64,000 bases of DNA from Lama glama (lineage: Eukaryota), in assembly GCA_028534125.1 (NCBI GenBank), contig CM052845.1, positions 5,704,001 to 5,768,000 of the forward strand. Direction: 5' to 3'. The position numbers were made by a program, and so were the translations under genes. Below, one piece after another: positions 24,272 through 35,965 of the stretch. The number at the start of each line of letters is the position of its first letter. Within the stretch, counting starts at the first letter, position 1. A model generated the notes under the pieces. The model was not told where the DNA came from, made no database searches, and worked only from the letters and a program-made list of their open reading frames with translations.

Positions 24272-27200
24272 TAATAGACCAATATTATTTTGGTCCTTCC
24301 AGGTAATGGGACTAGATGAAGAAAGCAGAATTATTTCCCCTATGCCAGCCCCCCGTTTGTTTGGGAAATCTTGGACTTTTGTTCCCTATGGCCTCCTTCT
24401 CCTCTTGAAAAATGGGTCTACATTCCTCTTCTGGCTGCTTGAACTGCCAGAATAGGATGCTCTGGGAATGATATTTGGGGTGTGCTAATAAGATTGAGGG
24501 TACCAGGGTGTCCCATAAGAAAGGTTCAGTAATCCAAGTCAGTAGTCTAAGGGCAGACTAATGACTCTAATCCTACTTGCGCCGGTCTTGTTAGCCAGAG
24601 GGGAGGCTGAAGGGTAGGGCATGGAAATCAGGACTGAGTCGAAGTGGGGTGTAGATACCATCAAGAGTGTCTAGGCAGTCTTAGGAATGGGCATCAGCAT
24701 TTGAATAAGTTCACGTAGGGCTCTGTTCAGCATCTGAGACTGGAGGCCCAGATACAGAACATGGGGCACTGGAAACTGGCATAAACTAGGTGGAAAGAAA
24801 TGAGTAGGATGGTCAGTTCCTTAGCCAACTGATCTGCAGTTTCCTGCAAAGTTCTAGTCTTGGTAGGGAACTGAAATTTCCACAGAAACTATGTAAGAGG
24901 ACATGTTGGTGGATTGGGACCTAACATAGCAGCCTGGTTCTCATATGGGTGCCTGAGGCTTGGAGCTATGGACTCATCCACTCATGAGAAAGGCTCTCTT
25001 GATTTCTGTCCAGGCTTAGGCATCATTGGTTTGGGGAACTGAGCAGAATGGAGTTAGTGGTAGGCTAATTTGAGATACCTGAGGGGCTGACATCCATTAT
25101 ACCTGGGGCAAGCTCAGTGAAGCTTTGCTCCCTACTGTTGTGAATTCTTTTGTGGCAGCATCTGAGGTGAAACATTGCCAAACACAGTGCCAAGAGGCCT
25201 TTCAATGGGTCATAAAAATGCTATAAAAACATGAAAATTGCTGCCATAAAAAAAAAGAGTTATAGCAAAACAGGGAACCTACTAAATTCAGAAGCTAAGA
25301 AATACTGAGAAATAAAGCTGCTCTACCTATTCCAAGAAGTATGTGGGTACGGCCCCCCACACAATTTACACACATAAGAATTATTTGTGGTTCTCATATA
25401 CTTTAGAAAATCTCTCAGCATTCTGCCATTAAGTATGTGGTCACCTGGCTTTCCTGGAAATTCATTCTTCACTGGAGTCCCTTCTTCATTTTGTTGGCTA
25501 AATTGTGTGAGAATTTCTTCTGCTCTGTTTCTCCTTAGAAAGGACCCATTTCACAGGAAAGGGTGTTTATATCCCTTTGATGCTTGGGAGAAATGATACC
25601 ACAGAATAAGCATAGTTCATCATGAAGTCATCAATTGACAATAAATAAAAAGTTTATTTGAGATATCCCTTACTAATAAATCTGAGGATCAAACTTCTTT
25701 CCCAAAAACTACACCTTAACTTTTATTTCCAGTGTTTGTTTTTCCAATAAAATTTCCGGATATCCATTAGCACTGGTAATTTGGGGTAAAGCATGCAGAG
25801 GGAATTCATTTTCCATATGCCTTTTATGCAGATGTGGCTATATTGAGATACAGTAAGTACTATTCATATCTCTGTTACAAAATTCTGAACAGGCTTAAGC
25901 AATAGTCATAAACACATTAAATAACACCATCCCAAGCACTTAGAGCCTCTGTTTGCCAGCTGAGTGAACCCCTTCTATGTGTCATTTTGATGTAATGCAC
26001 TCCCATTTCTGCTGTTATTAGATGCAAAGTACTTGAAAAGATGCTAGGTTGAATTGAAATCTGATTACATCTGGGTTTGGGTTTTTGAGATATTGCCTGT
26101 TTTCCTAAGATACACTGTTCTGTTTTCTTTTTAATTTCACAAATATGTGCTGACATTCCCACCCTTTCTTTTCTATCTTCTCTGCATTCATGGATCGTAT
26201 GGGATTTCTGATTCTTATTTTAAAATGTAATCAAGATATAGAAATGATGAAGCAGTATATCTCTGATATATCAGAGACTCCAACACAGAGAAAGCAAGAA
26301 ATAAAGGGAAAGGTAGGAAAAGAAAGGGGGGGGATGTTTAGCCTTTGCTATGATCATAGATGAATGATCTGCTGCACACTGGATTAAAGTCCAGAGTACC
26401 TGCATTTGTACTTCATTAAATTATAAATCTGTAGGTCATTTAAGAACATCTCTATAATCATAAATCATTTCTTACAGTATTTGTTTTTCCTATACAAGCA
26501 CCTTTCATAGGGGAAACTCAAATCAGTAGGAACACATTTGATTACTTCTCACAACTGCCTTATGGCTTTGAAGACAAGGAAGATGTGGTAGTTCAGTATG
26601 GATCACCTAAGCTGGTGTGCACTGAGGTCATGGGACTCTTTCACAGTTATTCTTAGACCTTCTCTCTGAAAAGTCACATCCACTTATGAATACTATATCA
26701 AAACCAAAAGATGAGCATTTATCAGGATAATTTTCTTTATTGTGTCTTCCAAAATGATCAAATCATACCAATTCATTTATGTGAAATTTCAATTCCTTGA
26801 GAGCCTCCAAGGATAACACAGAGCAGCTGTGTCTTAGCCAGTACAGGGATGGCCCCTTCTCTGTAGAGGATCACAGTTTGAAGGGAACAGCACTGTGAAA
26901 TGTGTGACACACATGAAAGTGCAAAGCTAGTGTAACTTAGCACCAAGACAGACCCTATCAGGAAGCATGACCTTAGTTAATCAGGCGCTGTGCAGAGTTA
27001 GTCTCAGAACCTCTGTCTTCTCCAAGCTCCAGAGTTAATTGGACCCAATGAGACACATTCAGCCAAATTTACAGGGAATATATGTGTAAACCATAGTGCC
27101 AGGGATTTCTGTAAAATAGGGATAGTACTTTCTAGAGTCTGTAGCATTCATGATTTCTAGCCAATCACTTTCCTGATTTTTGTATGGGAAACCAAATAGT

Positions 27201-27329
27201 CAATTAGAAATTAAGTTGGTGAGCCTGGATATAGAGTAAAGAGAGATGGATAATGTTTAAGAGATTTGAGTGTCCTAAAACACAAGGCTACACATTTGCA
27301 AACAGTCTCGTTTTACATCCACAGATAGC

Positions 27330-27950
27330 CAGTCTCGTCCATGAACGCTGATGTGCGCTGCATTAGGTCTCCTCTCCACCACCCACACTCCATTACTTGG
27401 AGGACTCCATATCCTGCCAACATAGCGTCTACCTAGTAAATCCTTCCTCACACAACCAGCTAGGTTGTATAGTCATCAAGTCCTGGCTCATCTTGAAAAC
27501 ACAAGAATTCCAGTACTTTTCACCTTATTTCTGTTTCTGATCATCTCACGCTGGAAGATTTTAATGATATCCTAATAGATTGCCCTGCATTCAATCTCTC
27601 CTGGGGCTCTTGAACTTCCCAGATAACTCGGCATATTGACACCTAATCAGTTTCCCCCAAATAATAGACTTCACTCAGTTATTGACCTCCTTTAAATGTT
27701 GATAATTCTCCATTTTATGAAGTCCAGATTCCTCAGCTTGGTCTCAAAAATCTACACCCAACCCACCTATCAAACCTTGCTTGCCATGGTTCTCCAACTA
27801 AAAAAACAACCCTCTGTTCTGTTGGTCTTCCGTCATTCTGTTTTCACTTTATTCCTTTCTTGATAATATTAGTCTCACTTTATTATTTTTTTTAAACCAC
27901 TGTATGTCCAGTCCTACTCAGTAGTTAAGACTAGATTAAGTGTCATTGTT
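27330..27950 (+). mobile_element. Degenerate L2 fragment
   Basis: agtcatcaagtcctg ... tcatctcacgctgga ... tcctaatagattgccctgcattcaatctctc ... aagtccagattcctcagcttgg. Confidence 0.55.
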
Positions 27951-28028
27951 AGTTAACTCCCTTTTCTGACTTTCTGTGTCATGTTAGGAGCACTTGTGCT
28001 TGTTCAGAATGTTTATTTAGAATACTAG

Positions 28029-28171
28029 AAACTAGGATACAATTCCTACGTGATCTACAGTCTACTTAATTTATACCAAATTAGTATGACTAGTACTAAC
28101 TTGGTATAAAACTAGAATACAATTCCTAGGAGATTTACAGTCTACTTGGTTTGTACCAAATTAGTATGGCT
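28029..28171. repeat. Local 63-bp direct duplication (period 80) with an inverted spacer
   Basis: Copies at 28029-28091 and 28109-28171 have 8 mismatches in 63 nt. 28094-28110 is the reverse complement of 28070-28086 (16/17). Confidence 0.9.
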
Positions 28172-28789
28172 GCAGCAATGAATACATTTTATTGATAAAT
28201 CATGACAAATATACTTTAAAAATCTCCCCATTTGCCTTAGCTGGTGCTGGCTGTCCTGTGTGATAAAAACTCAAGGAAGAAGAATTGACTTTGTCATTTT
28301 GTGTCATTCCACAGACACTTAATAGTTTACTAATTGATTTGCAATGACAAGTATGATGAGAAGGACCCCTCTCTGCCTTAAAAACAAAAAGCAAACCAAA
28401 GAATCCCCCTCCCCCCACAAAACAGAAAGGAATTTAGAAAACAAAGGTGGCAAGAATTTATCTCACTATTTTCTGATTTGCGACACTATACCTGCATTGG
28501 GCTGTAACCCGTGCTGACTCCTCTCTTCATCCAGTGCTTGCTTTTCTCTTATGTCTCCTGACAGGTCTAATCTAGCTGACCTTCTCTGTCTTGTCCAAGA
28601 GCACTGTCCTACCAGGCACAGGCCAAATGCTTCAGGATTTTCTCCCCAACCTCCTTACCCAGCTGCAGTCTAAGGACAAGAAAAGGGCTCATGGTGGTTG
28701 AATTTCAATAAGCTGACACAGGCGTTTTTCCATATTTGGAGATTACCTTGTGAAGAAGACACTATGCAGAGTAACTGGTCTTAATGAGC

Positions 28790-29200
28790 GACAGTTTGGT
28801 GCAGCAGAACATTGTATGGTTTTGAAACCACTCGGAAGAATTTTAAACGTCAGCTCCATCACAGCCTATGTGACCTTGAACATGTTATTTAGATGGACTG
28901 ATCCTTAATGTCCTTACAGTTTATAGAGGAGCGGAGAAAAAAATTGATTTAATGGATTTACTAATGTCAGTATGAGGCAAGCATACTATAAGGGCTAAAG
29001 TTGTAGTTTTGAAAACAAAAATCTTGTGTATGATCATGACTCGACTACTAATTCGAGTTCTGCCAACTTCCCTACTAGTTAAATGGGGAATAATCATAGC
29101 AAATCTTCTAGGATTGTTGAAACTACTAAATGAGTTACTGTATATAAAATGCATGGAATAGTTCCTGCCATATGGTAAGTGGGTAAATGCTCAGTAAGGG
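28790..29200 (+). mobile_element. Two tandem MIR fragments
   Basis: ctatgtgaccttgaacatgttatttaga (~28865) and aaatggggaataatcatagcaaatcttctaggattgttg ... tcctgccatatggtaag (~29080-29180). Confidence 0.7.
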
Positions 29201-29472
29201 TCAGATATTAGTATGGAGAGCGCTAAGTGAATTAACATACACGAAGTGTCTGCTGTCGTGTCTGGAAAATTGCAAAGCTCTACAAATAGTATCCTTCTTC
29301 CCTCTGTGGCCATAAATATACTCTTTCCTCCCACTGCTTTTACAGTCAGAATCTGGGAACTTGCAAAATCAGGCTTCCATTTCCTGTAGTGAACCACCAG
29401 GCTTCCTGCCTCTCATTCCTCTGATTCTCAAATTTGGGGTCCCTGTGCCTAACTGGACACCCAGCCCCCATG

Positions 29473-30179
29473 CACAGTGGATCTAGGTTTTGTATACCCT
29501 GAAACTCATACAGTTTTGAGAAAAGACTCCAAAATTACGAATACAAAATTGAGTGCAGAAATGAACATTTATTAAGAGAAAGCTATGGCAATAAATTACA
29601 TATTTAATGTATGATAAATAGCACAATCATCAGAAAATTCAGAAAAAAAGGCATAATTTTTATTAATTAACTGCTTGACACCTCTAAACTCTTTCATCCT
29701 ACATGTTTTAATGACACATTCTCTGAAAGCCCCTTCTTATATGGATTTTTAAATATAATTTGCTAAAGAAAAACAGATAATTGAATTATGACTGACTAAA
29801 TGTGTTATGTTCTAATGATTGATAGTTTAAAAGAGTGTCAGCTTTACAATTCATTGATAAAGTCATATAAAATTTTAGAATGTTGTCAACTTTTAGGACC
29901 TTATTCAAGTTTTTTCTTATATAAGCTGTATAGTTTGGAGAATTTTGCCAGATTGGCTTCTGGCTTCATGCATTGCACATTTTGTTTTTGCTCCACTGTC
30001 TACATCCTTTGGTACCAGACACATGGTTACCTTACATGGCTAAACAACCCATGGTCATGCACTTTAATGTGATAGCTTCTGGTGACTAGCCAAGTGGATG
30101 GTTGGGGTATTTCTGAAGGATATTTCTATGCTGGAATGATGGTAAAAAATTTATCTGTACATGAGAGTATCTATAAGCC

Positions 30180-30213
<34 letters not shown>

Positions 30214-30506
30214 CACTAAAAGCAAACTAAATATATTCCTAAATTAAATCCCACTTAGATAAATCCCCAAAATGCCCTGAGCCATTCTTTGGCCACTTGA
30301 TACAAAGTGAAGTATGATGGAAATGAAATTGAGTAGAAATGTAGAGTAGTCTATGCCAATTATTTATTAAATATCATATGTTTTTGATATTGCACAAACA
30401 CATAGGACTGGGTATAACATTATTAGACTCCTCTAATTTTTAGGAGGAGCCTGTGCACGTCAGAGTTCCTGAGGGTAAGTTACATTAGCTTCACCATAAA
30501 TCTCTG
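29473..30506. mobile_element. ~1 kb hAT DNA transposon fossil with MER53-like ends (exact family uncertain)
   Basis: Left end ggatctaggttttgt ... ctgaaactcatacag ... caaaattacgaatacaaaatt and right end gcctgtgcacgtcag ... cattagcttcaccataaatctctg match recalled MER53-type termini. Confidence 0.7.
30183..30211. repeat. (TG)n microsatellite
   Basis: About 14 TG units inside the hAT fossil. Confidence 0.95.
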
Positions 30507-31232
30507 GAGTCAGCTTCTTTAGTCAAGCGTAATTGAATAAGTCAAAGTCCTGTGTCAGCGTTGTAGGAAAACACAATTAGTGATCTTCCCTTCACTTGAC
30601 TTAATTTCCCCATTTCTCCAGGGCTAGTCAACCCCTCTTCTCTCTTTGTTCTTCAGACTTTCTCTTTCCTGGCTGTTTTCCCTTAAGACTAAAAATAGAT
30701 TCGAGACTTTCCCATTACAAAAACAGTGTTAAACCCTACCTCTCCACCATTGCCTTATCTCATAATCAAAATCCAGTCTTATCTTTTTTCCTGCACACTA
30801 CAGTTCTTGTAAGAGATGTAACAGCTACTGTCCATCCTCTTACATGTTTATTCTTACCTCAGTCTGCTGCACTTCCTCTGTAATTGACTGAAAATATCTG
30901 TTTAGTGATAACCCATGACCTACTTGTTAAATTCAAATGCCCTTTCATTTCTCCATTTGTATGACATCAATGTGGCATTTTGATTGTGTGTCTCATTTGG
31001 AATTTTGAAACTTCAGAATTACACTAATCCTATCTGGTTAAATATACACATACGTATATTCTATAAGAATATGTCTATATATGTCTATACAAAGGTTCAT
31101 CTCTGAGCATGTGACCCACTGAAATTGCATATATGAAGTTCCTGGATCTGAACTCATCCCAGCCTGGCTTATTCCGCTGCCTGCTGAGATCTAAGTTCTT
31201 GTTGTGACATTTCCCTCATTGAGAGGCTGTAA

Positions 31233-31396
31233 NNNNNNNNNNNNNNNNNNNNNNNNNNNNNNNNNNNNNNNNNNNNNNNNNNNNNNNNNNNNNNNNNNNN
31301 NNNNNNNNNNNNNNNNNNNNNNNNNNNNNNNNNNNNNNNNNNNNNNNNNNNNNNNNNNNNNNNNNNNNNNNNNNNNNNNNNNNNNNNNNNNNNNNN
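31233..31396. other. Assembly gap (164 N)
   Basis: Run of N. Confidence 1.
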
Positions 31397-31911
31397 CTGT
31401 CAGGAATCACATTGAAAGATACATTTCTCTCCCAAATATGTGCACAGATGAAATGCAAAGAAGTAAGCTGTCAAGATAGTCTAGAAGAAGGAAATATGTT
31501 GCTTGGCCTTTGAAACAAGTTAATTTTGTGTTATAAACCATTGGAGTTTGCTTTTCAAATAGATCCATGTGGAAAATCCAGATGGCCAAACACTCAACTA
31601 AATGTGGAAACTACGCTCCAAGGCCTAAATCTAGTCAAAGCATCTTACTTATTGCTGAACACTTTTTATCATTTTTATTTAAGAGAGAAGCATTTAAATT
31701 ATTCCTTAAGAAAACAATATTAGTTCATACTGACTTTCTCAATGGGAATCAGTTTGCAGGGTGGATGGGATAAGGGGTGGTCCTAGAGGAAGTTGGACAG
31801 TTTAGAAATAAATTTTAAATGTACCAAACATCAACTCTTTGCCAAACATTCTGCTGCTAGATGCTGAGGTTAGAAAAACTTAGCTCTTGGAGGGAATTTT
31901 CCAGTTCAGTG

Positions 31912-32620
31912 TATTGCTTAAGCCAGAAAGGTGGAAATCATCCTAGACTATTTCCTCTTCTTTATCTTCTTTCCTACCATTCACAAAATTAGAAAGCAGT
32001 GTTGGTTTTACCTTCTGAAAGTCTCTTCAACATGTTCACTCTCCTTGTCCACACTGGCACTGCCTATTTGAGGCTTTCATAATCTCTTAGCTGGACGCTT
32101 ATAATTGCCTCCTATTTCCCATCCATCCTTCTCCCTACCTTCAAAGAGCCCTTACAAACTAGAAAATCGGTTTATGTTGGTCTCCTGCTTGCAATTTCTT
32201 AATGACTGTCTATTGCCCATGTGATAATGTTTTGATTTCTTTGCCTAGCCCAAAGACCCCACTCCTGGATTATCCTGGTTTTCACCTTTATCCTTCACAC
32301 AGGCCAGTCTTTCTGAGTTTCTGGCTGTTCTCTTGCACAGGCCATGTTCCAGCATGCCTTTACGCCTTTGGACCGCTACCCCATCTGCCTGGAAGGACTT
32401 CATCTATCTTGATGAAGTCACCCTCAAATTTCACCTGCAGTTTTATTTTACCAAGTCTTCACTGACACCAGGCAAATTGATAGCTCTTACTTTCTATTTC
32501 CTTTTTCCAAATCCCCTAATTCCCCACTCAGTTGTAGCTCCTTTAAGAAAGGGGTTGTGTCTGTATGTCTAAATACCTGCTTCATTAGTTGGCACCTAAT
32601 AGGCAGTAAATACACACTAA
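31912..32620 (+). mobile_element. L2 3' region
   Basis: ttgcttaagccagaaaggtggaaatcatcctagact ... ataatctcttagctggac ... tggcacctaataggcagtaaata. Confidence 0.75.
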
Positions 32621-34029
32621 AAGGCGGGAACCACCAAGCAAGCACATTCTCTGCCTTGTACGGTATCTTAGATGGGTCTCCCCAGCCAGCAGAGCTAGAA
32701 GCCAAAAAAGAAAAAAGAAAACCAGACACCCTTACTTTATCAGGAATGCAGTATCCCCAAAATGAGAGAAAGTCTTGTGGAATAGGTTGGGAAGGAGCCC
32801 CCATGGGCTACCACAATTGATGGCATGGAATAGCAATCAGTCTGGCTCCGATTCTGCAATAGTGGCCTCCATTTTCAAGAGAAAAAGATTATCCTCACTT
32901 TTTTCTCAGGAAGGGTGGTATAAGTTTAGGTACTCAGCCATAGAGTCTGAAAGGTCTTAATGCAAGAAGTTTCTTGAAACAAGCTATACTCTCTGCTGTT
33001 GCAGTTGGTCCTGAGGACATAGCTGATTTTTCTCTTCTTCCTCCCCTACCCTCCAAACAGTAGGTATCCCACCTTCACCACGACTTTGTGCTTTGACTGG
33101 TCTGGTAGCTTGCCTGTAGGATGACCAAAATCACATCCTTAAAAGGTCTCAGCCTTTATTGCCTTGTTTTTGTTGGGTCATGGTTCCAGTAATTCTCTAT
33201 TATCACTGGGTGGGAAAGCTTCGTGAGATGTTTCTCAGTAAATTCCAAGTTCCAAATATACTTCTAATTTCCTACATTGGTTAGCTCCAGTTCCATCAGT
33301 TTTTTTTTGATTCTTGGTTCATTACACTATAAGTACATTAAACACTTCCCTTGAGTGTTGATCTGCTGGTATGAACAGCCCAAAATAACCACATGGTAGT
33401 AGTAGACTCTAGTTCACTGGAATACTTACCCTACTTTAAAAAGAATTGTTCCTCTTTTGGGAATGAGACACTGTAACCTAGCAGAAGCCGATTTTGTGAG
33501 CATAGCAAGCAGAGTTCTAGGCATAGGTCTCTGAGAGGATGGTGAAAGGCTACCATTACTTCCCGTGGTTCCCAGATTCATGTGTGTTAACATTGGAAGA
33601 CTCAGCATGAAATCTTGGCTGTTGGTTCAGCACAAGAGATTGTTTGATCTTGTAAGGATGTCCCTATGAGAGATTATACAAATGCGTGAGTCTCAAAACA
33701 GTGTGTCTAAATTAAAGGAAGAGAGAAACCCACTCTACTGGTTCACCCACTGGGGTGCACGTGTGTGGGTGTCAAGCAGATGCTCTGGCATCTCATACCT
33801 CAGTGTAAACAGAAAACTGGGGTGGGGGTGAGACGTGCCTGATGTGAGCATAAGGCACAACTGAATTTTTCCCTTTGAAATCAGTCACAGAGCACCTGGG
33901 GTAAAGGAAGTTGCCAAAAACATCAGAAGTGATACATAAGAGGGATCTGATACACAGGGATTTACATTATAGAAGGGAAGATAGACTTTCAAGTAAATCA
34001 CACACACAAACACACACACACACACACAG

Positions 34030-35069
34030 AGGCAGTCTTTGCTTTGCACCATTCCAAGTATGTGAATTTTAGTTACCGTAATACATGGTTTACTCAAATA
34101 CCGCTAGTTCCTCAACAACGTAGTTTAAATTGAGTTTCCACAGTATGTTAACTCGTAGTAATTGCAAAAATACTAGCTCCACTGCTGGCTTTTCCGTTGA
34201 CAGATCATAATGTGCATAACAGAAGTGCATCACGGTCAGTAACTAATACAGCAATTAAAGTCTGCCAGTAATGCCTCACTGTGCACCTTTAAGCACAGAC
34301 AACAAAGCGTGTATTTGTGCTGGCTTTTTGTCTCCTCATTATACATCCATGTGATATTTTACAAGCATGAATAATTAAAAGAGGAAAGTAGCTAACAAAG
34401 ATAAAAATCTGAGAAGGAAATGAAAAGTGATGACTTTGGAAGTGATATCTGAATCGAACTTGGAGTGATAGAAGAAAGGGCCGGCTGTGGGGATGATGCT
34501 GTGGTCGCCGTCTGAGAGACAGACCCTAGATTTGCAGCCAGGAGAACTCAATAAAGGCAAACTTACTGACATAAATGAGGAAAGAGGTTGTAACCAAAAG
34601 AATGAACAGAGACCAGAGGAAGTGACCCTAACAAAAATCAAAAACAAAAACAAAAACTTCTATTAAGGAGAACCTCGGGATTACTGCATGACCTTAAAAG
34701 TACAAAGAACAAACTGTTGGAAGGGGATCCAAACTTCGACAGGAACTGACAACATGGACAAGATGCTTGCTTTGCATTGTAAGTTACAGCAGGAGGAGGA
34801 GGCAAACACTGATCAAACTCCTTGTTATGGTTTAACAAAGAAAATAGTTTTGATTTTAATATTTTAATGTTTTTTAATCACAGGGTAGTAAATACGTGTT
34901 TCCTTTACCTTTTTTCTTCTCTATACATTTGTAACTGACACTAAGAGTGGTTTTCATGTTTTGATCAAAAAATATAACTTTTCCAATAGATGTTTAAGAA
35001 ACCTTGCTTGGTTTTAAGTTGAATAGGCATTTTATGGTCCTGGACTATTGTGCAAAATGAGAACCGCCT
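34030..35069 (+). mobile_element. TcMar-Tigger non-autonomous element (Tigger13a-like), both ends present
   Basis: TIRs aggcagtctttgctttgcac (34030-34049) and gtgcaaaatgagaaccgcct (35050-35069), 14/20 complementary. Internal decayed transposase-like sequence (gaaaagtgatgactttggaagtga ... gacataaatgaggaaag ... ggatccaaactt). Confidence 0.85.
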
Positions 35070-35420
35070 CTCTGTGTGTGTGTATATACATATCCACCTT
35101 TGTACGTATATACTTTTAAAACAAAGGTTGCCCACCATCTGCTTCTACAAAGGTTGAGTCATTAGGCACTGCAGTCGCTGACCTCAGTAATAATTCTCCA
35201 TTTAAGCAGACCAAATCACATACCTTTGTGGACTAAGCTGTAATCACACTGCAGTCAACCAAATACGCCAGGGATACCTACACAAATGCAGCCTGGAGGG
35301 CCCTTCCTGCGGGTGAGACTGAACACAGCCACTTTCTCGCTTCCATAATCAGTGGAAGCGAGACATTCTTTCTCTTCTCCTGCACGAGCCCTTTGTGAAG
35401 CATGCCTTTGTTTTCCCTAG

Positions 35421-35444
35421 CCTGATGAGGGAAAACTTGTTCAG
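35421..35444 (+). CDS. Candidate 24-nt internal microexon (PDEGKLVQ in frame 0, or xLMRENLFx); host gene not identified
   Basis: Acceptor ctttgttttccctag|, donor CAG|gtaagg, length a multiple of 3, TGC at -18, repeat-free flanks. Splice-signal evidence only. Confidence 0.4.
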
Positions 35445-35834
35445 GTAAGGCGCTTCATTAACAAATAGTGTTCTCTGGTTCTTTTCAAGCCGGACTCCTA
35501 CATTTTAATTCACTGGGCAATGCTAATGAACTCAACAAGAGACCTAACAGTTTCCCCTGGGGATAGAGAAAATTAGAAAATTGCCAAGTAAACATAAGAA
35601 AGTGAGGACAAAGCAACACCAAATTCAGATTTTAACAATCACACCTGTTTGCCCAGGTAGTCAAGGATAAGAATGTTCCCCATGTTTGCTCTTTCCTAGA
35701 TTACCATTTTACAGGACTGACAGTGCATCAGGAACAATAGGGCTGATCCCTTTACATACAGCATGATTGAAGAATGACATAAAAATATTTTCTTCTTTAT
35801 AAATTCCAGCCTCTTAGCCATCATAATCTTAAAA

Positions 35835-35965
35835 TTTTTTATTAAAGTGTAGTTGATTTACAATGTCAGTTTCAGGTGTACAGCAAAGTGATTCAGTTAT
35901 GCATATACAGACATTTATATATATATATATATAATATATAAAATTTTTTTCAGAATTCTTTTCAT
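35835..35965 (-). mobile_element. L1 extreme 3' end stub (cetartiodactyl type) with (TA)n
   Basis: ttttttattaaagtgtagttgatttacaatg ... tcaggtgtacagcaaagtgattcagttat. Confidence 0.85.

Noticed and set aside
24440-24900. Possible ancient LTR/Gypsy-type fragment
   Set aside because: The composition is suggestive but I could not match termini or diagnostic motifs.
28029-28171. CRISPR-like repeat-spacer array
   Set aside because: Only two diverged 63-bp copies in mammalian DNA, and the spacer is derived from the repeat itself.
35292-35312. 21-nt exon PGGPFLR before gtgaga
   Set aside because: The acceptor (cacaaatgcag) lacks a pyrimidine tract. Worth revisiting only if the 24-nt exon is confirmed.
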